From contig OX597816.1 in the NCBI GenBank assembly GCA_951406725.2, forward strand, positions 64,852,001 through 64,916,000: a stretch of 64,000 nucleotides of DNA. The letters are read 5' to 3'. Position numbers and translations under genes: made by a program. The DNA is from Octopus vulgaris. Lineage: Eukaryota. Of this stretch, positions 41,550 through 52,905 are shown piece after piece. Position 1 is the stretch's first letter. The number at the start of each line of letters is the position of its first letter. Below the pieces are notes generated by a model that was not told where the DNA came from, searched no databases, and saw only the letters and a list, made by a program, of their open reading frames with translations.

Positions 41550-42287
41550 ATTGATCATGTTGTCTCCAAGTGCAGTCTTCTAGCGCCCACAGAGTATCTC
41601 AACAGGCATGATAGAGCTGCACAATATATTCACTGTGTAATTTGCAAACACCTGGATTTGCCCCATGAAAAAAACTGGTGGGAACACAAACCACCTCCAG
41701 TGCTTGAAAATCACCACATCTCGCTCCTCTTGAACTTCCCCATTCAAACTGACAGAAAGATAGATGCAAATAGGCCAGACATCATATTGAAAGACTTCAA
41801 ACAAAGAACATGCCGCCTCATTGATATGACTGTCCCAATCGATATAAACGTATCTGTCAAGACCTACCAAAAACTGAGCAAATATAAAGATCTTGAAATA
41901 GAAATCAGCAAAATGTGGAACTAAACAAAATGTGGACTAAAATAATACCTGTTGTCATAGGTGCCCTGGGAATGATAGCGAAAGGGGCTGATTGCTACCT
42001 AACTCAGATACCAGGAAACCCCAAAATGGCAGAAATTCAAAAGATAGTGCTCATGGGAACTACTCATATCCTACGCAAAATACTATCTATGTAATCTCAG
42101 GGTTTAAAACAAACATAATTTTCACTAGTACAACACCAAAAAAAACACCAAATATATGGCACACTAGGCATAACAACAACATGAAATTCCAACCTGCTGT
42201 CTCTTGAGGTCTCTGGGTGAGACTTGAAGCCAACTTGTACAAATATAAAGCAAAAGTTAAACATAGAATAATAATAATAATAATAAT

Positions 42288-42355
<68 letters not shown>
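41550..42355 (+). mobile_element. Dong-type RLE LINE 3' fragment with (TAA/CAA)n tail
   Basis: IDHVVSKC..YLNRHD, QTDRKIDANRPDIILKD, IDMTVP, KLSKYKDL, IPVVIGALG..LMGTTHILRKILSM*; 3' UTR to ~42270, then (AAT)n. Confidence 0.92.
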
Positions 42356-42356
<1 letters not shown>

Positions 42357-42477
42357 TCTTCCTCATTTAGGTAAAAAGGGCCATCGATTTATAGGTGGAA
42401 AGGATTAGTCGGAAACATCGACTCTGGTACTTCACTTATACTTTCTTTTAAATCGACAAGCAGTTTCTGCAGATATA

Positions 42478-43584
42478 GTCAAGTGGAGAGGTTTGAGGAC
42501 AGGTTTCTGGGTCTCGACAGTTACAACTGGGTGTGGTCTCTCGGTGATTTTCTTCATATTGGGAAAGCAGCTATATGATTATTTCACTGAGTATTGCTTC
42601 TGATTAAGGCACAACACCAGTAATTTTCAAAAGAATATATATTTCTTTACTACCCGCAAGGGGTTAAACACAGAGGAGACAAACAAGGACAGACAAACGG
42701 ATTAAGTCGATTACATCGACCTCAGTGCGTAACTGGTACTTAATCTTGAGACCTAAGGGATACAGGAAGAATAGTGAGACACTATCACAAGATATACGCC
42801 ACTCGACGAGAACATCTCATAATAGGCTGGAATGAACGTAAAGTTTTTTTTTTCTCTCCAGAGATCCTGTTCTCTGTGATGCTTACTACGTCTATCTCTA
42901 GAGACCTGAGTTCATTGAGCCAGAGGGCTTGAATCAAAGCAGTTCAAGCCCAAGTGCGTTTCTGTTCCCCAATATCAACCAGTACAGTTATATATAAAAT
43001 GGAGAATTTAGTCACTCTGGTTTTAGAAAAGGCAGCATGATCCGGCTTCCACAATTCCTGATGAGAAAAAATAATAAAATAGATATTCTATTTACATCAT
43101 ACTTTTATACCGTTCGATTTGAAATCCTGGCTAGCCAACTTAGTAGTTTTCCTATTGTCACTGTGTCGGAAGGTAGATATGTGATTTGCATAACGATTTT
43201 TTAATTCCCCTTCCGGTATAGCTCTTTTTATCGGTTCTGTTATTATCGAGCGTTGCTGTAACTTCTGCCTCCTACATGACGGATTTAACTTTGCATCGCT
43301 GGTCAAGTGGATAGGTTTGAGGTCAGGTTTCTGGGTTTCGACAGTTACAACTGGGTGTGGTCTCTCGGTGTTGGCCTCGTGTAAGGATTTTCTTCATATT
43401 GGGAAAGCAGCTATATGATTATTTCACTGAGTATTGTTTCTGATTAAGGCACAACACCAGTAATTTTCAAAGGAATATATATTTCTTTACTACCCGCAAG
43501 GCGCTAAACACAGAGGGGACACACAAGGACAGACAAACAGATTAAGTCGATTACATCGACCTCAGTGCGTAACTGGTACTTAAT
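42478..43584. repeat. Local direct duplication of ~270 bp (42478-42744 and 43302-43584)
   Basis: Near-identical copies spanning a PLE fragment and a SINE A tail; copy 1 lacks a ~16-bp block (TTGGCCTCGTGTAAGG). Confidence 0.9.
43085..43445 (-). mobile_element. Naiad-like Penelope element fragment, decayed
   Basis: SYSCFPNMKKILT...SCNCRNPET*P..PLDQRCKVKSVM*EAEV..KKSYTG..ELKNRYANHISTFRH..TKLAS: a CxCx5C linker followed by a GIY-YIG-like domain. Confidence 0.75.
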
Positions 43585-43692
43585 TTATCGATCCCGAAAG
43601 GATGAAAGGCAAAGTCGACCTCGGCGGAATTTGAACTCAGAACGAAACGGCAGACGAAATACATGCTAACTTTTCTGCCAGCTCGCCGCCTT
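43478..43692 (-). mobile_element. SINE family A
   Basis: Full central block and head. Confidence 0.9.
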
Positions 43693-43939
43693 CAAAGAAA
43701 TAGTCAATCGATAACATCGCCTCCACCGCTTCACTGGTATACACTTTTGCTAATCATAAAATGATAAAAAACTTAAACATTGTAGAAATACTTTGCTTGA
43801 AAATAACCACAGCTTGGCTGATCGTGTGAACTCTAGGAGGCTGAACTGGTTAAACTCACTCCCTAAAATGCCATTTTCCAGATCATGCAACCAATCAGTT
43901 TGCGTGTTATCTACTTTGACAGTAAGCTAATTATACATA

Positions 43940-44730
43940 ACATTGAAAATAAAGCAAAATATGAAGCAAGCTAGATATAAAGATCTCAAAATAGAGACAA
44001 CCAATATGTAGGAATTAAACTGAGAAATAAAACATTCATAAAAAATTTATATACTGTAGGAATGAAGAAAACACAATGCGTAGACAAAAATCTGGCCGAA
44101 ACACATGATTTACATGTTTGTACAGGTTACTGAATAAAACGTTGGGATCTTTTCGGTTTGAACGGCAGTTTTTTCTAGCGGTGTGATATGAAATTGTCAC
44201 CCATTATTATGACCCTAGTATCGATCTATTGCATTTCAGTTTGTTTTATGGTTAGGGTTAGTTAGGATTAGTTAGGGTTAGGGATGGGGGAAGGGTATCT
44301 TATTTTCTTCAGAAATGTAAATAAACCCAATCTATTTCTTAAACGAGGTACATGTTCATACGGCACAGAATGTTTTCACCTCAATAGACGTCATTGATTG
44401 GTTGAAATTGCAGAAATTGAAGAAAAGAACAACAAATATCTTACAAACTATAGAATTTTCTCAATAAGGCCAAGAGAAAAAGATGTTTTATGAACACATT
44501 CTACCAGTATACGAAGTTTATAAGTGTTTAGTTACGTGGAAATTATTTTAAAAAACTGCCGTTCAAACCGAAAAGATCCAAACTTTGCACTACAAAAATA
44601 TCACGCAGAATATTTTCATTACAATAGCAACACCAGATAGAAAATAAAATAACATAGAAAGCACCGCACAGACCCAAGGCACATACCACAGCTGCGCTCG
44701 GTTTTGCAGTGTAAACACGCAATCAGGTTG
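43940..44730 (+). mobile_element. Very decayed R4/Dong-type 3' end interrupted by a MITE
   Basis: ARYKDLKIETTNM* resembles the KYKDLEIEISKMW motif of the other Dong copies. Confidence 0.45.
44145..44579. mobile_element. MITE with perfect 30-bp TIRs, ~8-bp TSD and internal TTAGGG-like repeats
   Basis: GGATCTTTTCGGTTTGAACGGCAGTTTTTT ... AAAAAACTGCCGTTCAAACCGAAAAGATCC; flanks AAACGTTG and AAACTTTG. Confidence 0.9.
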
Positions 44731-45344
44731 AGATTGTTGTTGTTGGTGGTGGTGGTGGTGGTGACGACTGGTGGGATGGTGGGGTGGTGAGGGTAGGGTT
44801 TAATGGTCGCGACTTCGATGTTCAGGATGACGAAGGCGACGATGGTGATGACGATGCTGATGGAGGTGATGACGGCGACTGCCAGTGCGGATGAGTAGAA
44901 GGCAGTGAAGTGTTAGTTATAGTTTACGTTAGAATTGTCAAATAGCTATACGAATTAAACATTATTTGGTTTTTATTTTAATTTATTTTAATATTTTTAT
45001 TTAATTTAACAAATGAATATCGAATGAGCAGAAAAGATTTTTTTCTTTTTTCGTATTCCTGTTGTCATTTTTTTCTTTTTCTTTAAATATTGTAGAACAG
45101 TTATGGAGACTGCGCAATGAAGTTACCAAACTGAAATGTACGTAATAACACGAATATCATCTTGATTGTTCATTTATTCATTTATTCAGTACTTCAGGCA
45201 AAGTAAAGTTTATGTTCTGCCTTTTATTTTCAGATATTTTTGTTTTAATTTCATCTCTTTTACAATACAACTCATTGTTTGGTTCTCATCGCACTGATTT
45301 GGATAAAGTCAATACACCAGAGGCTAAAGAAGCATAAAATATAC

Positions 45345-45347
<3 letters not shown>

Positions 45348-45427
<80 letters not shown>

Positions 45428-45607
45428 CATACATACATACATACATAAATACATACATACATACATACATACATATAGATACATATATATATATATATAT
45501 ATATATAAATATATATATATACTTATACATATTATACATACATATATATATATACATATCTATATACACACATACATATGCATATATAGCTCCCCATTGC
45601 CACGTCA

Positions 45608-45638
<31 letters not shown>

Positions 45639-46030
45639 ATATATGTATATATATGCATGTATGCATATGTATGTATATATACATATATATATGCATATGT
45701 GTGTATATATACATATATATATATATGTATATGTATGTATATATGCATATATATATATATATATATTTATATATGTAAATATATATATATATATGCATAT
45801 ATGCATATATATATATATAGGTATGTTTTTATATATATATATGTAACCATATATTCATGTATGTAAACATATATATGTATCTAAATATATAGATATATAT
45901 ATGCATATATATGTATATATGTATACATATATATGCATATATATGTATATATGTATATATATATCTGTATATGTATATATATATGTTATATGTATGTATA
46001 TACATATATGTATTGATGGATGTATACATA
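45348..46030. repeat. Compound (TA)n/(GATA)n/(TACA)n microsatellite field
   Basis: Read directly. Confidence 0.95.
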
Positions 46031-47169
46031 TCTATATGGATGTGTGAGTGTTTGCATGTATATAGTTATGTATGATGTTTTTGTGTGTGCGTGTGCAAAA
46101 ATGTGCGTATGTAGAAGTGTGTTCTATACATACGTATGAAGATGGGCACATCATAAAATTTAATTATGGAAAAGATTAAATAAATGTGGTATCTTATAGA
46201 TTTTGCATGTGAAAATCACAGAGCATTTAAATTGCAGTTTACGAGAGAGAAGTCTCCTTTTTCGGAGAAGCTTCTGTAGCACTAATATAGTCGACATTTT
46301 CTGTTAGGTGTGTTTTGTTTTAATGATGCTATTTATATCGCTAGCAGTGACCTTCTATTCAATTATTGCATTTGCATCGAAGCAGACATCAAAATCGATA
46401 AATGTGTGCTCAGCAGAAATGATTATATTTCGAATACCCTTTTATAAACCTTTTAGGCATACTAACATAATAAAGGAGAAAAATCATTTAAATTATCAAT
46501 TATGTTCCTATTCGTTGCCACTCTGCACATTTAATTTTGATTTGTAAATTCTTAATGTAAGCGAACGGCAATGCGTGTTCCCCATAACAAAATAAATAAT
46601 TATGCTTTTAGTTTCCAATACTTTTATGACTATTCAGTAAAACGTTGAAATAAATTTGCAAAGAAAAGTAATCGAATACACCAGTTACTCATAACATACA
46701 CTCTAACATATATTTATGGTTTTCCCATTCTCACTCGTGTACAACATGTATTCCCATATGTCGGTGGTCGAATATTTAATTTAATAGAATATGACAGAAC
46801 AGAATACTAAAATAGTAGAACTTCGTCTCACTGACGTACGTACACTCGAAATCTCAATAGTTGGTGAGCATTGTTATTTAATAGAATGTGATGGCGAAAA
46901 GATGAATTGGTAGAACATCTATTTTATGTTCTGAGACTTAATCTGAATAACTATACACTACTACTACCACTACTGCTACTACTGCTACAACTGCTGCTGC
47001 TGCTTTTACTGCCACCACCACTTCTATTACTACTACCACTAATGCTAACACTTCTGCTGTTATGTTTTCTGTCAAATCACTCATTAGTATTTTCATTTTC
47101 GTTGTTATTCCCAGCTCTTGAAACAGGCTCTGGTGTACCTCTCTCGAAATTTCTTAATACCACTTCAAA

Positions 47170-48075
47170 TCACAAAAAAAAAAACAAAAGACGAAGACAG
47201 GTGGTGTAGACAACAAACAGATGTATTAGTTTAACGCTCGGGAGGTGAAAGTCTTTAACAGTTCGAGCCTACGCTCTTCCACAGAATGGAACACAGAAAG
47301 AAACAGGGAGGGAAATAAAGAATGTGTAGTGGCGAATGCCGGACAATGGGGTTACACAGGAGAGCTAGGAAGGAGGGGAGATAATAAAGTTGTGGTGATC
47401 CCAAAACGAAGGTGCACGTGCGTGTGCGTAAGAGTGCATGTAGGTGTGTGTGGAAGAGGGCTGGTGATCTTGACGTGTGCGTGTGTACATCTGTAGGTGT
47501 GTGGATGATGGTGTGGGGCTGGGAAGTGCTAGTGTGTGCCTGATGGTGTGAAGTAAGGTGGCGTATGTGGCATGGTGGTGTGTGGTGTGGTGTGGTGGTG
47601 TGTGGTATGGTGATGTGTGGAGTGGTGTTGTGTGGTGAGGTTGGGGTGTGGAGGAGGCGAGGGTTAGGAAAACAAGGGTGGGATATGGGTAAGACTGAAG
47701 GTGAGGTGGGGGTAGATGTGGGGTATGTGGGATTGGGTGTAAGGGATGGGGTGGAGGTGGGATGGAATGCATAGGGAAGGTGTTGTTGGATTGTGTATGG
47801 GGTTGGTTACGAGGGAGAGGTGACGATGAAGGGAGAGGGAGAAGGGAGAAGGTGGGTAGGAGTTAAGAGAAGAGAGAAGGAGAGTAGGAGGATTAGATGA
47901 AAGGGAGGAGACTTGAGCCTTTGTGGCGCAAAGGAGCGAAGAGGGAAGATTAATCCTTATTCACGGCGAAGACGGGAGTCCGAATGGCCCCTGTGTAAGG
48001 ACAATCCGAGCAGAGACAGGAGTGACCGATAGATCGGAAATGGTGAGAGACCGGGATGCCATTGCTAAGTCAGAT
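47170..48075 (-). mobile_element. Penelope-like element 3' end: endonuclease C-terminus, C-rich linker and pLTR
   Basis: Minus strand encodes NGIPVSHHFRSIGHS and LSLLGLSLHRGHSDSRLRRE*GLIFPLRSFAP; hammerhead-like CTGTGGA-A-GAGC-GTAG-GCTC-GAAC at 47253-47289. Confidence 0.8.
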
Positions 48076-48854
48076 GTATACATACATATATATATGTATA
48101 TATATACACAATTCATTTCCCTTTCAATTTAGTACGTCAAACAGTTAATAAAGGAGAGAAAAAGGAAAAAGAAAAATATAAAGAACGGGACATTGCCGGC
48201 GGTCGATGGTACACTGCCGGCGGTCGATGGTACACTGCCGGCATGTCCTGAGACCTCGTTGGTGGGAAGTGTGCCACCGACAGAGGAAACTATGGCCCCT
48301 CCCAGAGCGACGAGATATGATTTTGTAATCTTTTTCCATAAGGGAGGAGCAATACAGAGCTTCTTAAGGAAGCTAGAGGGCCGGAGGGAGAGGAACCCAT
48401 GCCCTGGACTGAAGACCCGAATTGGCCTCCACTGGACTAGTTGATGAAGGACCAGTTTAGGTTCACCTTCTGGGACCCCGACCTGGAGCTGGAGCATTGC
48501 CTGCGGGACGCATACGGTCTGGTCGGGAAGGAAGGATAAAGAGGCTTTAGTACCTAAATGTTTATTGTGTGTAAGAGTCCCAGCGCCTCAATTTGTAATG
48601 GACTATTACGTCCAGTAATTGTAAGAACTGAGGTAAGAGGTTTAATGCCTCGTTTTGTTTTTTGTTTTGAAAAAAGAAGAACAATGTTTTAGAGAAGCAG
48701 AAGATCGGCGGTCATCTTATGCTCCTCTCATTAATATCATAATTTCGTTTATCATTTCATCTCGTTAATGTAATGTCCAGCCCGCACCTACATCTGTGTA
48801 ATGCCCTTGTGGCAAATTTACATGAATTAAAGTAGTAGTAGTAGTAGTAGTAGC

Positions 48855-48894
<40 letters not shown>

Positions 48895-48896
48895 AA

Positions 48897-48931
<35 letters not shown>

Positions 48932-50064
48932 TGGTAGTGGTGTGGGGTGGAGATGGTGTGGGTGTAGGGGCTATTGCGATGGTTCATTGTTTAAGTTGTT
49001 CTAGTTGCTTTCGCCATGATAGCATTTTCTTTCTTCAAGTCGATGATGAAGAGAGAGAGAGAGACGATAACTGCGATGATTATAGTGATGCTTATATCTA
49101 TATATGCCAAGAAAATGCGAAATGTAAACTTTACTTAGAAGATATGAATATGAATTATATATTGAATATGAATTACAGAAAATTGTAGATGCTTCGGGGG
49201 ATATTAAAAACATAATCATAACTATATGTGATATGAATATTTAGAATATATTTGGAGTGCATATGAATATTACGAAAGTATTATATAAAATGTATTTCAG
49301 TATTAAATGGATTCTATGTATAAATGCTAAATGCAAAATGTGCAATTTATATTTTGTGAATTGGTAAGTATAAAGAAATAACCATTCTTTTCCAATGAAG
49401 GCATGCTTGTTCTTGTGAGGCCTGTATCTTGTCACTTAACTTCCTAGAACCAGTAAACGATTTTTTCATATCACACTATACAGTTTTCCAAATACAAGTT
49501 TTATTCGATTTATTAAAGTTGGTTATAAAGTGTCTCCATAAATGTTGGCTGTGTTATGGTTATAGATTTGTTTAATGAGGACTAATCTGGAACTAGCCAA
49601 CAAAATTTTAAATACTTCAGCTAATTTTTAGGGTCTGTCATAAATCTACGGACTCATAAGGCCGTATCATAACCTGGTTCCCAAGGAGTCAATTTTTTAA
49701 GTGACTAATATTATAGCCCCCCCCCCCGTATTCAGCGGGACACCGGTTTCTCGAAGGGGGAGTTTCCAAGTTATTGCTGCAAGCAACTCGTAGCTACACC
49801 ATTGTTTGTTTACATCTGACGACTCGGAAACGAAACATCGAAACAAAAATAAGCGCTGCCTATAATTTATATACATCATCTGTCGAGATACAGTTCTATA
49901 ACCCCATGATTCCGAGTTACTAACCCCATGATTCCGAGCAGTGACCTGAATAATAATAATAATAATAATAACAATAATGATAATAATAATAATCTTGTTT
50001 TTTTTTACATTAGTAAAAGTTTTTTTTTTACATTAGTTTTTTTACATTAATACAACACTAAATA

Positions 50065-51461
50065 CAACACTATAAATTCCTTAGCAGTTCCAGTTGTTAC
50101 TTATAGCTACAATGTGTTGAACTGGAATATGAGTGAAGTAAAGAAAATAAATAGGAAAATACGCAAGCTGCTGAGTTGTAATAGGATGCACCACCCAAAG
50201 GCAGACGTAGATCGCCTTTACCTTCTCAGAGCCCAAGGAGGTCGAGGCCTGATCCAATTTGAACTAGCTTACAAAACAACCACAACTGGACTGGCCAAAT
50301 ATCTCGAAATATCGAATGACTGGATGCTAAAGCTCGTGGAAAATCACGAGAGACGAAAGAAGCTTCATTCTATCATAAAGGAAAGCAAATAAATTTGCTA
50401 TTGATCTCGTGCAGGATACCCAAACTGAACAACCCGAGGGAAGTACGGCAACTATTGTTGCAAAGAAGGTGAAAATGATGGCAATGAAAAAAGCGCACGA
50501 GCAATTGGCTGATAGGTGGGAGGAGAAACCTCTGCACGGCAAATATGTGACCCGCAGCAAACAAGCTGATGTTGACCAGAAGCAAACCCATCAGTGGCTA
50601 CGGAGCTCAGGGCTAAAAGCAGAGAGCGAAGGTTTCATCCTGGCTGCTCAAGATCAAAGCCTATTAACCCGGAACTACCAGGCCAATGTGATGAAAAATG
50701 GAGCAGACCCAAAATGCCGATTCTGCAACGACATGATTGAAACAGTGGACCACCTAATCTCTGGATGTAAAGTCTTAGCACCAGTGGAGTATAAATTAAG
50801 ACATGACAGAGTTGGCCAATATCTCCACTGGCTAATAAGTCGACATTACAATATCAAAACTGCCGACAAGTGGTATAATCACCACCCTGAGGCTGTAACT
50901 GAAGGAGAAGATGTAACCATTCTGTGGGACTTTCCAGTACATACAGACCGAACCATCACGGCCAATAAACCAGATATTGTTGTGAAAGACCAAAACAATA
51001 AAGTTTGCTTATTGATCGACATGAGCATCCCCTGTGATCATAATATCTCAGCGAAAGAGTTTGACAAGCTCAGAAAATATAAAGACATACTCATTGAAAT
51101 TGAGAAAATGTGGCATCTCAAGGCGGTTACAATACCAGTGATCGTAGGAGCACTAGGAATGATCAAGAAGGGAACCGAAAATTATATGAGAATGATCCCT
51201 GGCTTACCATCCCTGCAAGAAGTGCAAAAGATTGTCTTAACTGGTACATCACACGTATTGAGAAGAGCATTGTCGATGTGAGAACTGTTGCTGCTCATGT
51301 ATTTTAATTTAAATTTAACTTTAAAAACAAAAAAGAAAAAAAATTAACGAACTACTGAGTTTGGTTTAATGGCCTACCAATGTATACTATGAGTTTCTTT
51401 GCCCTAGGAGCCGGGAAGACACTCGGCAAGAAATGGAAGCAAATTTGAAAGAAGAAAAAAA

Positions 51462-51535
<74 letters not shown>
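50065..51535 (+). mobile_element. Dong-type RLE LINE, 5' truncated and relatively young, inserted at (TAA)n
   Basis: INSLAVPVVTYS, HHPKADVDRLYL..GGRGL, one frameshift near 50390, then an open frame to 51281 with CRFC..ETVDHLISGC..RHD, TILWDF, ANKPDIVV, IDMSIP, KYKD. (TAA)n at 49950-49993 and 51463-51535. Confidence 0.95.
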
Positions 51536-51572
51536 CTTAGGAATGAGAACACAGGTGCGAAATTTTACCCAA

Positions 51573-51618
51573 GACACCTGATGAAGGCTGGATGGCATAT
51601 CAGCCGAAACGTTGTGTT
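51573..51618 (+). ncRNA. Minimal type I hammerhead ribozyme (PLE pLTR type)
   Basis: GACAC-CTGATGA-A-GGCTG-GATGGCATAT-CAGCC-GAAA-CG-TT-GTGTT: intact core, 5-bp stem II, stem I GACAC/GTGTT and palindromic AACGTT. Confidence 0.8.
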
Positions 51619-52779
51619 AACAACAAACAAGATGAGGACTCATATCCGTCAAATGTAAATAATGTAAACAATATTCATTCATATATATGATTCACTATCG
51701 GTATCAGTATATACTAAATGCAATAACATTAAAATGTCTTTTAAACATTGTAGACATTCTTTATTTAAATGTAACAAGTATTGATTCGTTGAAAGTTTCT
51801 AGGAAATGCTTAAAATTAAAGAAGGAACGTAGGAGTTTCCGAGCGTACATGAACGTACGTGAACTTATTAGCTGTGGCTGAGATTAGGATAATTAAGTTA
51901 AGACTGAATGTACTGATTGTCGAACGCAATCAATTCTTAATTGATTGGAATTTCCATTTTAACTGCGAACAGAAAACGAAACTTTAAAACTCTTAAACAA
52001 AAAAGGGAGATAATTTTAAGAAATTAATAACCAAAATCTCAAAGTAAATTTACATACTTAGAAGACTGGAAACATTTTTAATAGACAAAAAGATGCTAAT
52101 GTATTTCAAGTGTATAAGATCGTAATTGTGTTGTATAGTCTGCTAAAATCTGCAAATCAGTTGACATCGATTGGTACATACAGAGAATTAAGTTACCAAA
52201 ATTTGTTGATAGTTTAATTTGTATAATTGAAATACGAGACCAAAGAGATTACATCTATATAACATGTGTGGGGGCTGCACTTTTAAAGAAGTAGGAAGAT
52301 GGCAGCATCTTCTTCAGGCCTACTAAAGAGAGTTGCTTCTTCACAAAATAGAAGAATTGGAGACTGTTTCATCGCTTAATCATTGCGAAAGAGTACTACC
52401 CACGAAGAGTGGCATAGTGTGGGTTACCAGTGTCCAGTATATGAGGGAGGGCTATTGCTATCGGTCGTCATCGCCTTATTTATATTTGGTTTTAATTTTA
52501 CATCTGTAAATAGTTTGGATTCAAGGTAACAGTATCACTGCCCATGACGTCAACAGCGCCTCCATGGTTGGTAACTGGGGGAAAACTTTATTCTCAAGTT
52601 GAAAACGTGGATTTTGCTAAAGACATCCAAGGTCCAGGTAGTGGTGCTACACTGATTGAATGATTAATTATGCCACTCACGTAAGTAAGACCATCTTGAT
52701 TCTGAATTTTGAAAACACAAAGAGCTGGATAAAACTATGAAGCATCCTGCCAGACTCTTCTGCAATTCGCCAGCCTCAG

Positions 52780-52905
52780 ATTTGTACTTTATTTATCGAA
52801 CCAGGAAGGATGAAAGGCAAGGATAGACTCAGCGGGATTTCAACTCAGAATGCAAAACGCCAGAATTAATATCATAAAGCATTTCAAACGATTTGCCAAC
52901 CGCTC
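52780..52905 (-). mobile_element. Decayed SINE family A
   Basis: TTTATCGAACCAGGAAGGATGAAAGGCAAG..GACTCAGCGGGATTTCAACTCAGAA. Confidence 0.65.

Noticed and set aside
43322-43350. In-frame TGA at the third Cys of the Naiad CxCx5C motif, suggesting selenocysteine as reported for some Naiads
   Set aside because: The duplicate copy near 42500 has TGT (Cys) at the same codon and the fragment carries other stops, so point mutation is the simpler explanation.
50409-51281. 290-aa ORF as an independent nuclease gene
   Set aside because: It is the C-terminal part of a frameshifted, truncated Dong-type LINE ORF.
52510-52690. Kringle-like WCYT fragment followed by a GTAAGT donor
   Set aside because: It needs several frameshifts and stops, and the match is too short to support.
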